From: Desulfatiglandales bacterium
GTDB lineage: Bacteria > Desulfobacterota > DSM-4660 > Desulfatiglandales > Desulfatiglandaceae
Direction: 5' to 3'
Assembly: GCA_963662465.1 (NCBI GenBank)
Contig: OY759599.1
Location: 2,464,001 to 2,528,000 of the forward strand
DNA: 64,000 nt
The position numbers were made by a program, and so were the translations under genes. Positions 56,301-64,000 of this stretch are shown here, piece by piece (position 1 is the first letter of the stretch; each line of letters begins with the position of its first letter). The notes beneath the pieces are model-generated. The model was not told the DNA's origin. It worked only from the letters and a program-made list of their open reading frames with translations, and made no database searches.

Positions 56301-57819
56301 AGCATCAATGCTGTACCATTATCCATATCAGATGCCCATCGAATTTGACCTATTAGAGATGCCGGAGTGGCTTCAGGAGGATTATTACACCTTTCTCCTT
56401 TCCTACCCACGTTGTTTTATAAGACAAGGAGAGGTGGACGATTATTGCCGTTATATTAAAAGAGCTTTTGCATCTTTTTACAAAAGCATTCAAGATGCGC
56501 CGAATTCGAAACCATTGCAAAAACTGGCACACATATTTACGCAGAAAGCATATTTCATTCCTTTGTACTTCAGCAACGAAAACTTGACAGATCTTTATCT
56601 CCACCGGGCTGCGATTGCGGAATTGTCTCTTAAAACCCAGGGGTATGCGCTGGACTTTACACTTCCACAAAGGCCCGCGGAACGAAAAAAGCTAAGGCTC
56701 GGAATCTATGCCAGGGGTATTGCACTGGGCACGGAGGCTTTTGCAACCCTACCTGTGTATGAATATCTTAACCGTAAAGAATTTGAGGTGCTTCTTTACG
56801 TTCATCAGCAAAATGGAAACCCTGTTGAGTCACATGCCCGGCAATTAGCGGACAGGTTTATAGCGTTGCCGAAAGATATGAAAGCAAGCGTAGATATTAT
56901 CCGAGCCGATGATCTGGATGTTCTGTTTTTCAGCAATAACTTAACCGCGGTGATGAACCATACCTTTATTTTGGCGAACCATCGCTTGGCGCGCTTTCAG
57001 TGCGTCCACTTCTGCCAGCCGGTTACATCCGGGTTAAAACATATTGACTACTTTTTTTTAGGCGATGTGATTCAGGAAAAAGGAAAAGAACAGGAGCGAT
57101 ATCACGAGCAGATCGTAAATCTGGAAGGGTCCGGAATTTGTTTTGACCTAAGGAGCAGTAACGCCCAGCCCGCTGCTGCCAAGAGTCGTGAACAAATTGG
57201 AATTCCTGAAAACAGCGTCGTATTTGTATCGGGCGCTAATTTTTTCAAAATAATACCGGAATTGCGTCACCTGTGGGCAAGACTGCTTGAAAAAGTTCCG
57301 GAGTCGGTCCTTGTTTTATATCCGTTTGGACCGGCCTGGTCAGCTTCATACCCGAAAAATGTTTTCAGGGATCATTTTAAAAAGACGCTTTCCAAATATG
57401 ACGTCAAAGAAAACCGCTTGATTATCTTGGATCCATTGCCGACGCGTGAAGACATCAAAGAGCTGTTAAAAATTACCGATGTTTACCTCGATGCCGTCCC
57501 CTATAGCGGCGCCACATCCCTTCTGGATCCTCTGGAAGTGGGAGTGCCGACGGTTGTTATGGAAGGGGAAGAACTGCGCTGCCGCCAGGGGGCTGCTATA
57601 TTAAGGGAACTCGGGGTGGAGGAACTTGTTGTCAAGAGCGAAGAAGAATATATCGAGTTGGCCGGCAGACTGGCAACCGATAAGGAATTCCGAAGTGACT
57701 TGAGGAAAAAGATTCTGAGCAGAATGCAGAACACACCTCCCTTCCTTGATCCCAAAGGCTATGTACTGAAAATCAGTGCGGCTTTGAAAAATATTGTGGC
57801 TCATGGCGGTTTCGCGTGA
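53350..57819 (+). CDS. Multidomain glycosyltransferase (GT-A + GT4 + TPR + GT41/HMW1C-like)
   Basis: LLEDD; GGAG...LPSLEDNLPNTVIEAMACG; TPRs; DVYLDAVPYSGATSLLDPLEVGVP. Confidence 0.9.
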   Translation: MENTPVILIAYKRAWHTAQVLDSLKEHNIQNLFIFSDGPRNNDDLSDVYETRLLFQRIDWTKPTIIEQKRNIGLANSIVSAVNYVFEKYDRVVLLEDDCVPQKHFFDFIGACLDKYENIEKVFGISGYTVPMPNSVLKTYPHDLYFFPRIGSWGWATWKRAWQHFEPDLAKAYRQAVENNIDLSQGGTDIPVMLNSMLNGNLKDVWTLHWVLSVYLNKGFYIYPTLSHIENIGMDGSGVHCGATQKFITRMADRKPSRYPNTIEINEDTYKNFRKYYDVLQPIPKTHKKIFSERPPLKIAHLCMQDFGGAGNAAYRLHKGLQSMGVDSTMLVLNKRSGDPSVRVLPNDYTMGKANCLDVSAYNSPVWNKQSVRWQKLMIEYPGRPTGLEVFTDAVSDVRLDRVREMQEADIINLHWVAGTIDWPSAPLGIGNKPIIWTLHDMNPFTGGCHYAGDCKKYMDGCGACPQLGSNIHDDLSHKVWEQKYKAYKDLNINVVTPSRWLGKCASESKLFSRFPAQVIPYGFPLDTFRPHPKAEIHKALKIPDSAKVILFGANSVLNERKGFRYLLEALNKIPLKSGHDIAILTFGGLPKGIKIPSKYSVVNLGLIADEKQLAMAYSVADVFVLPSLEDNLPNTVIEAMACGVPVVAFDIGGMPDMIEHKKTGYLVKPKDIKGLIEGIDWAISSADNGRDFLKECRAKAEREYALDVQANAYVGLYERIMTDVGGRRSEVGGQRSVDRSQKSKISGQKEQDGWADGRVQGDRGSTPDELYQTAQGFMESGREKEAIGALRVFLGLYPGYALAHNDLGVLCYNEGQKEKALRHYEQAAQLEPNNLTLQKNLADFYYFELERIEEALKIYNRILTENPEDLETLLVMGHICIKLNKIDDAIDFHNRVLEIDSGNENAIEMLRKIREMVAQFFLDKSQEDLSEHYTREYSSTHRKILAGNLKDYPLSDDEQAFLDAFTARTNSVEKSQEAIPSFLASMLYHYPYQMPIEFDLLEMPEWLQEDYYTFLLSYPRCFIRQGEVDDYCRYIKRAFASFYKSIQDAPNSKPLQKLAHIFTQKAYFIPLYFSNENLTDLYLHRAAIAELSLKTQGYALDFTLPQRPAERKKLRLGIYARGIALGTEAFATLPVYEYLNRKEFEVLLYVHQQNGNPVESHARQLADRFIALPKDMKASVDIIRADDLDVLFFSNNLTAVMNHTFILANHRLARFQCVHFCQPVTSGLKHIDYFFLGDVIQEKGKEQERYHEQIVNLEGSGICFDLRSSNAQPAAAKSREQIGIPENSVVFVSGANFFKIIPELRHLWARLLEKVPESVLVLYPFGPAWSASYPKNVFRDHFKKTLSKYDVKENRLIILDPLPTREDIKELLKITDVYLDAVPYSGATSLLDPLEVGVPTVVMEGEELRCRQGAAILRELGVEELVVKSEEEYIELAGRLATDKEFRSDLRKKILSRMQNTPPFLDPKGYVLKISAALKNIVAHGGFA
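55515..55598 (+). repeat. Intragenic heptamer tandem array (about 12 units, core GTCGGAG x4)
   Basis: Read directly; lies between the GT4 and TPR domains. Confidence 0.9.
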
Positions 57820-58575
57820 TATTTTGTTCAGGGAGCAATCCTACTTTCTCACCCTCTCTCCCTCTTTCTCCACTCCAAATAGTTGACGCCCCGGTTTAAA
57901 AAAACTCGGTTCTTCACGTCAATGCGTAGCAAACGGTCAATACTCTCCAACAATCCATCCTTCTCCCATCATTTTCCGTCATTCCCCCCCTGTGTTGATT
58001 CTTGCTCCCCATCACCTCCTCAACCCGTACACACCTCTTATGAAATATCCGTTACTCACAAATACAGACTACCGTCACAAGCCGGGACAAAATGTTTGAA
58101 CCCGATTTAAAAGATTATAATGATGGACAGGATTGCCATTGGCCGATAAAATGCGAACAAAATGGTGTAAGGGGGGAAGGAACTTGTCCGGACGCCGTCT
58201 TTTAATCCTGTCCATCGTGTTCAAGACAATGAGGATGCCCACAGTGCCTGATAACCCTTTGCCCGTTTTTGAAAACTATAAAAATCACATCATCTACGGT
58301 CACAAGCCGGGAGAATTTAGAAAATCACGTTCCTACGTTCTGTGTGGAAATGGATTACAGTAAGGACCTGGTTAAACTGTCCCGCTTTGTGTCCGGTCCG
58401 TAGCCATTGGGAATGAACGGATAGGTGGATGATTGAAGAATGCTGGGATGTTGGAATACTGGTATGCTGAAATCGAGGGATGGGTGGATGATTGGCGTAA
58501 TCTTGGATAGATGCGTCGAATAGCCGTTAGCATTAAAAAGGGATGGAAATGAGAGATTTTCGAGAACTTAACCGA

Positions 58576-58704
58576 CAGATCAAGGGAAAGAAATACCATG
58601 AGAAATATGCGGGAAGCGACGTTTATCTGGTGGGCGTCGAATTCAGCCATGAGGATCGGAATAACGTCAATTTTGAATGGGAACAGGTGAAAAAAGAGCC
58701 ATGA
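58576..58704 (+). pseudogene. 3'-terminal stub of an AAA-ATPase-like/PD-(D/E)XK gene
   Basis: QIKGKKYHEKYAGSDV...FEWEQVKKEP*; matches about 60117-60223; its stop overlaps the next ATG. Confidence 0.88.
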
Positions 58705-60242
58705 AAAAACTGCCGATCGGGATTCAAACATTTGAAAAGATGATCCATCAAGGGTTCTGCTATGTTGACAAAACCGCGTTTATCAAGCGACTGGTGGATG
58801 AAGGAGAGTATTATTTTCTCTCCCGACCCAGGAGATTCGGCAAAAGCCTGTTTCTGAGTACACTGAAATCAGCATTTTCAGGCCAACAGGAATTGTTCAA
58901 AGGGCTTTTTTTAGAGAAGAACTGGGATTGGAATGTAAAATATCCTGTGGTGCATATCAGTTTTGGCGCAGGCGTCGTGCAAAACAAGAAGGATCTTTAT
59001 GCTAATTTTGGTTATATTTTAGACGATCATGCCCGAAAATACGGCATTACTTATACCTACGAAGATCCTAAAAACCGATTTGCGCAACTGATCCAGACCC
59101 TTTATGAGATGTTCAAAATGAACGTGGTGGTGCTGGTGGATGAATACGACAAGCCCATTCTGGACAACATTTCAGACACACAAACCGCCATTGCCATCCG
59201 AGAAGAACTGAAAAACATCTATTCCGTCATCAAGGACAGCGACCCTTACATCAAGTTCGTATTCATTACCGGTGTTTCCAAATTCAGCAAGGTCTCCCTT
59301 TTCAGCGGTCTTAACAATTTGAACGACATCACACTTGCCCCCAAATATTCCGCTATCTGCGGCTACACACAAAAAGAACTGGAAACGGTCTTCGCAAACC
59401 GTTTGGAAGGAGTGGACCTGGATGAAGTCAAAAAATGGTACAACGGATATAACTGGCTGGGCGAGGAGGTTTACAATCCTTTTGATGTTCTGTTATTTTT
59501 GGACAGAAAAGAGTTTCTAAATTATTGGTTTGAAACCGGGACCCCCACTTTTTTGATCAAACTGCTTCAGGAGGGACGGTATTATATCCCAAACATTCAG
59601 CATCTCACCGCCGGAGAAGAAATTGTGGGCAGTTTCGATGTGGAAGACATTCGACCGGAAACCCTTCTGTTTCAAACCGGATACCTCACCATTCAGGACA
59701 TAAAACAAATTGGCGCGTTTCGAAAGTTCCATCTGACCTATCCCAATCTGGAAGTGAAGGCCAGCCTGAACAACTATATCCTGGGGGCGCTGGTGAAGGA
59801 CCGCCTGGCCAAAACCCGGAACCAGTCGGACGTATTGGACGCGTTGATGGACAATGACTTTGAAAAGCTGAAAAACGCCTTCCACGCCTTCTTTGCTTCC
59901 ATTCCCCATGAGTGGTATCGAAAGAATCAAATTTCCCACTATGAGGGGTATTATGCCTCCATCGTGTATTGCTATTTCGCATCCCTGGGGCTGAATGTAA
60001 CGCCTGAAGACCCCACCAACCACGGACAGATCGACATGGCTATCCGGTTTGAGGACCGGGTTTTTATTCTTGAGTTCAAGGTGGTGGAACTGGCTGGGAA
60101 CGGGCGTGCGCTTCAGCAGATCAAGGAAAAGAAATACCATGAGAAATATGCGGGAAGCGACGTTTATCTGGTGGGCATCGAATTCAGCCATGAAGATCGA
60201 AATATTGTCAATTTCGAATGGGAGTTCCTGCCGGCGTTGTGA
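58701..60242 (+). CDS. AAA-ATPase-like protein with C-terminal PD-(D/E)XK nuclease (PF09820/PF08011-type)
   Basis: MKKLPIGIQTF, YVDKT, RPRRFGKS, LVDEYDKP, SGLNN, YPNLEV, ID...ILEFK. Confidence 0.93.
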   Translation: MKKLPIGIQTFEKMIHQGFCYVDKTAFIKRLVDEGEYYFLSRPRRFGKSLFLSTLKSAFSGQQELFKGLFLEKNWDWNVKYPVVHISFGAGVVQNKKDLYANFGYILDDHARKYGITYTYEDPKNRFAQLIQTLYEMFKMNVVVLVDEYDKPILDNISDTQTAIAIREELKNIYSVIKDSDPYIKFVFITGVSKFSKVSLFSGLNNLNDITLAPKYSAICGYTQKELETVFANRLEGVDLDEVKKWYNGYNWLGEEVYNPFDVLLFLDRKEFLNYWFETGTPTFLIKLLQEGRYYIPNIQHLTAGEEIVGSFDVEDIRPETLLFQTGYLTIQDIKQIGAFRKFHLTYPNLEVKASLNNYILGALVKDRLAKTRNQSDVLDALMDNDFEKLKNAFHAFFASIPHEWYRKNQISHYEGYYASIVYCYFASLGLNVTPEDPTNHGQIDMAIRFEDRVFILEFKVVELAGNGRALQQIKEKKYHEKYAGSDVYLVGIEFSHEDRNIVNFEWEFLPAL

Positions 60243-60447
60243 TCGAGTGCAAAAAGGGGACAGGTGGAGCGGGCCTGGGGGTTGAAACTGAGGTTGAAAC
60301 CCCAGGCTATTATCAACCTACAGGACGGTAAAAGCCCCATCGGGTCGACAAACAATGGCCCGACAATTCATTGCCGGGTGGTTGGAACGATGATCAAGGC
60401 CGATTCGTCTTATTCGTGGTCAAAAAAGTATGTCAGCGGAGGCGCCC

Positions 60448-61596
60448 ATGCACTACAAAAATGAGGCTGCGTTTATCAACCGACAGGATGAATTGCATTA
60501 TCTAAAAAACTGGATTGCAGAACAACCCAAACACATTCTGTTTCTTTACGGTCCCAAATCCAGCGGCAAGACCACCCTCATATACAAATTTGTCGAGCGA
60601 TATCTAAGCGACGAGCGTACGTTTTCCATCAAACTTTTTAACTTGCGCGAGGTTCTTCTTGTCAATTATGAAGATTTTTTGCAACGATTCTTTCAGTTAG
60701 AAGAACCGAAAGAAGAGACCTCCCGTCAGGCGCGGCATTATGATTTGAAAGTTTTCAAACTTACGGTAGAGAATCAGAAAAAGATCAGGAACCGGCAGTT
60801 AGACCCTTTTGATGTGATGAAGACTGAACTCCAGGAGCTGAACATAAAGGGGATCAGGCCGATCATCATTATCGACGAGCTGCAGGCCCTGGATTTTGTT
60901 TATTTTAATGGACAGCGGGAACTGTTAAAGGAACTGCTCAATTTTTTCGTGGCCATGACAAAAGAGAGCCACCTCTGCCATGTTCTGCTTTCCAGCTCTG
61001 ACGGGTATTTTATAGAAAAGCTTTACAATGACAGTAAACTCAAAAAAACCAGTGACCTATTAGAGGTGGACTACCTGCCCAAAGAGGATATCGTCTATTG
61101 GCTGAACAATCTGAAAAAAGAATCCAGGATCGAGGACTATATACTGACCGATTATCAGATCCAATACATCTGGGATCACTTCGGGGGAAGCATATGGGAG
61201 ATATCGAGGCTGCTGGGTGATTTTTTGAGGGTCAGTAAGGACGGGGAAGTCTCTGATAAAGAGATGGAAAACATCGTTGCGCGCCATTTGATTCAGGCCA
61301 GAAGCTATTTTATGGAATATGCTTCTATTGATGAACGGAAAATCGCGTTATTGAAAAGAATTTCGGAAATCATCCATAAACAGAATTTTTTCTTTGAGCC
61401 GCAGTTGTCGGGCCTTGCAGCAGGAGGCATTTTCAAAGGACAGGGCGCCATACGCAATGAGTTGGACCACCTGGTGCGGCGGAATTTTCTCTATTATAAC
61501 CCCGCAAAGGCTGAATACAAACTTCAGGGGAGAAGCATGGAGATAGGTCTTGACAGGTATGTGCGGGATATTGAGGGGTTGATGAAAGGGAAATAG
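60448..61596 (+). CDS. MJ-type ATPase, copy G (divergent)
   Basis: GGAGG RBS, GPKSSGKT, IIIDELQ, LQGRSME. Confidence 0.88.
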   Translation: MHYKNEAAFINRQDELHYLKNWIAEQPKHILFLYGPKSSGKTTLIYKFVERYLSDERTFSIKLFNLREVLLVNYEDFLQRFFQLEEPKEETSRQARHYDLKVFKLTVENQKKIRNRQLDPFDVMKTELQELNIKGIRPIIIIDELQALDFVYFNGQRELLKELLNFFVAMTKESHLCHVLLSSSDGYFIEKLYNDSKLKKTSDLLEVDYLPKEDIVYWLNNLKKESRIEDYILTDYQIQYIWDHFGGSIWEISRLLGDFLRVSKDGEVSDKEMENIVARHLIQARSYFMEYASIDERKIALLKRISEIIHKQNFFFEPQLSGLAAGGIFKGQGAIRNELDHLVRRNFLYYNPAKAEYKLQGRSMEIGLDRYVRDIEGLMKGK

Positions 61597-61609
61597 TCTC
61601 CGTGGGCAT

Positions 61610-62077
61610 CTATAGACCGTGCAGAGGAAATTCATTGTCTACAGTCCTGGATAGGGGAAAAACCCAAGAATATCCTTTTCCTCTACGGACCAAAATCAAG
61701 CGGCAAAACCACGTTGATCTATCGTTTTATTGACCAAAATCTGTTCAACAGCAAGTACGATATCAAGCACTTCAACCTACGTGAACTCCTTCTGGTCAAC
61801 TACGAGAGCTTTTTACGGGCTTTTTTCGAAGAGCGCATCTACCAGGACAGCAAGCTGAAAAAGACCAGTGAATTCATGGAGGTGGGCTATCTTCAGCAAG
61901 CGGACGTCATGGACTGGCTTGACAATCTGGATAAGTACAGCAAGATTAACCGGTTTGTATTGAATGATCGTCAAAGAGAGGCGGTATGGGATTTTTATTG
62001 ACGAACTGAACAACCTGGTGCGCAAAAATTTTCTGAGCTACGCCCCTCCCCGGGCCGAATACGCTTTGCAGGGCCGG
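61610..62077 (+). pseudogene. MJ-type ATPase, copy H, with two internal deletions
   Basis: No start codon; RAFFE joined to ERIYQD, and WDF joined to ELNNLVRK. Confidence 0.85.
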
Positions 62078-62127
62078 GGCGTTTTTCAGCCGGTGAACAC
62101 CGGACATTCAAAACGAAGAAGGAAATC

Positions 62128-64000
62128 ATGGACAATTCCAAAGGACTGGATCGGGTACAGACAATACCCATAAAATCCCCAGATGTTTTATACACGGAAG
62201 TCGGAAAGGTGATGGCTGACGGCAACCCAAAAGAAGCCATTGGCGCGCTGGAGATGTTCCTGGCAATATGGCCGGATTATGGCCTCGCGCATAATGATCT
62301 GGGCGTTCTATATTTTAATGAAGGAGAGAAAGAGAAAGCGCTCGGACACTACGAGCAGGCGGCACGGCTTGAGACTGAGAACACTACCTTTCAGAAAAAT
62401 TTGGCGGATTTCTACTACGTCGAGGCGGGGAGAGTGGAAGAGGCCATGGGACTCTATATCAAGGTTTTGGCGGCCAATCCGCTGGATACTGAGCTCCTTC
62501 TGATTCTGGGCGGTATCTGCGCATCACTGGAAAAAACGGATAATGCCAAATTCTTTTATGGGCGGGTTTTGGAGCTTGAGCCGTGGCATGTGGAGGCGAG
62601 ACAAAAGTTCGAAGAACTTGGGAAGGGGGAGGACGGAGGACGGGGGACGGAGGTCGGAGGTCGGAGGTCGGAGGTCGGGGGAAAGGAATATCTTGTTTCG
62701 GCTATTGTATCCACATACAACTCCGAGCGGTTTATTCGAGGGTGCTTGGAGGATCTGGAGGCGCAAACCATCGCGGATCAAGTGGAAATCATCGTCATTA
62801 ACAGCGGTTCGGAACAGAATGAGGAAGCTGTTGTTAAGGAATTTCAGCAGCGATACGAGAATATCAAGTACATCGAGACCGATAGCAGAGAAACGGTATA
62901 TGAGGCATGGAATCTGGGCATAAAGGCGTCCACCGGAAAATACCTCACCAATGCCAACACCGATGATCGACACCGGAAGGATGCCTTTGAGGTGATGGTT
63001 AAAGTCCTGGAAGCACTCCCTGAGGTTGCTTTAGGTTATGCTGACCTAATCATTACTGAAGTTGAAAATGAAACATTTGAAAATTGCACACCTGCCGGTC
63101 TCTTTCGCTGGATGAATTGGAACAGGAAAGATCTATTGAAAGGTGTTTGCTTCATGGGCCCACAGCCCATGTGGCGAAGGAGTGTTCATGAGGAATATGG
63201 TTATTTCGACGGATCTCTTGTCACATCCGGAGACTATGAGTTCTGGCTCCGCATTTCTCAAACCCAGACTTTCCTTCATATCCCGGTCCTGTTGGGAGTC
63301 TATCTTCGATCTCCGGGAAGTATTGAACACGCCAATCGAAAAAGACAAGCCAAAGAAAATAGAGAAATTGTTCAAACCTATAAATCCGCCTATGAATCCA
63401 AAAAAATCATCAAGCGTCGAAAAATTGACGCCACCCGCCGCAACCTTGAAACCGCTAAATACACGCATCCCCTGGACCATCAGAGGCCGATGGCCCCACT
63501 TCTGGAAACCCCTTGCCAAAAAGATCTCACCTCGATCATTATCATTGTCTCGGACCATCAAACCCGAATAAAAGAGTGCTTAAATCTCATAGAACGTCAC
63601 ACCCCTGACCCTTCCGAGATCATATTCGTTGACAAAAGCGGCGGAAGCCCTACATCCAAATGGATAAAAGAAGAATCCAAGCGTAAAGAGCGCTGCCAAC
63701 TGATCACCGTCTCAAAAGAAAGCGGGCTCAGTCAATGCGCTAACAAGGGGATATCAGTATCCTCCGGAGAATACATTCTCCTCCTTCACGACCATGTACG
63801 CGTTGCCGACGGATGGTTAAGCGGCATGCTGGAATATGTGAAGAGCGCGGATGATGTCGGCATCGTCGGTCCCATGACCAACCGGAAGACGGCGGGCGTG
63901 CAATATGTACCCGGCTCGAAGCATGTCGGCATTGACCCATTCATAGAATACGCAGAAGCATTTCGGGAAAGAAACCGACATCGGCGCATCCCCTCGCGTG
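62128..64000 (+). CDS. TPR plus tandem GT2 glycosyltransferase (3'-partial)
   Basis: Open frame from MDNSKG; TPRs similar to those near 55650-56070; VSAIVSTYN, NANTDD, GDYEFWLR; a second GT2 domain runs off the window. Confidence 0.9.
   Translation, partial: MDNSKGLDRVQTIPIKSPDVLYTEVGKVMADGNPKEAIGALEMFLAIWPDYGLAHNDLGVLYFNEGEKEKALGHYEQAARLETENTTFQKNLADFYYVEAGRVEEAMGLYIKVLAANPLDTELLLILGGICASLEKTDNAKFFYGRVLELEPWHVEARQKFEELGKGEDGGRGTEVGGRRSEVGGKEYLVSAIVSTYNSERFIRGCLEDLEAQTIADQVEIIVINSGSEQNEEAVVKEFQQRYENIKYIETDSRETVYEAWNLGIKASTGKYLTNANTDDRHRKDAFEVMVKVLEALPEVALGYADLIITEVENETFENCTPAGLFRWMNWNRKDLLKGVCFMGPQPMWRRSVHEEYGYFDGSLVTSGDYEFWLRISQTQTFLHIPVLLGVYLRSPGSIEHANRKRQAKENREIVQTYKSAYESKKIIKRRKIDATRRNLETAKYTHPLDHQRPMAPLLETPCQKDLTSIIIIVSDHQTRIKECLNLIERHTPDPSEIIFVDKSGGSPTSKWIKEESKRKERCQLITVSKESGLSQCANKGISVSSGEYILLLHDHVRVADGWLSGMLEYVKSADDVGIVGPMTNRKTAGVQYVPGSKHVGIDPFIEYAEAFRERNRHRRIPSR
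62625..62680 (+). repeat. Intragenic heptamer tandem array (about 8 units G(T/A)CGG(A/G)G)
   Basis: Read directly; lies between the TPR and GT2 domains. Confidence 0.9.

Noticed and set aside
58576..60225. DGR-like template/variable repeat pair at the nuclease 3' end
   Set aside because: Several differences are at adenines but others are not (TT/AC, C/T). No reverse transcriptase is in the window, and the stub has its own in-frame stop like a paralog remnant.

Overview
Bacterial chromosomal window, probably Desulfobacterota-like (inferred from gene content only). It has four zones. (1) 1-19.3 kb: a signalling cluster with four hybrid histidine kinases, a sigma-54 activator, three chemoreceptors, a stand-alone Cache protein and sigma-54 promoters. 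(2) 19.7-36.6 kb: a tandem array of MJ-type/COG1672 (PF01637-like) P-loop ATPase paralogs, interleaved with fragments of an AAA-ATPase-like/PD-(D/E)XK nuclease gene, a decayed toxin-antitoxin pair, short repeats and an IS66 element carrying a RIT element. (3) 36.6-52.3 kb: a stack of insertion sequences nested four deep, including an IS91-type rolling-circle unit that carries a foreign gene fragment. (4) 49.4-64 kb: a methyltransferase/glycosyltransferase locus containing an intact nuclease plus ATPase pair. The most striking signal is that the ATPase paralogs are mosaics: two middle blocks and two C-terminal blocks occur in all four combinations, joined at the conserved FRSMFVEYATI segment. 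This suggests a recombinationally diversified sensor-like system linked to a nuclease. Family assignments come from motif recognition, not database searches.
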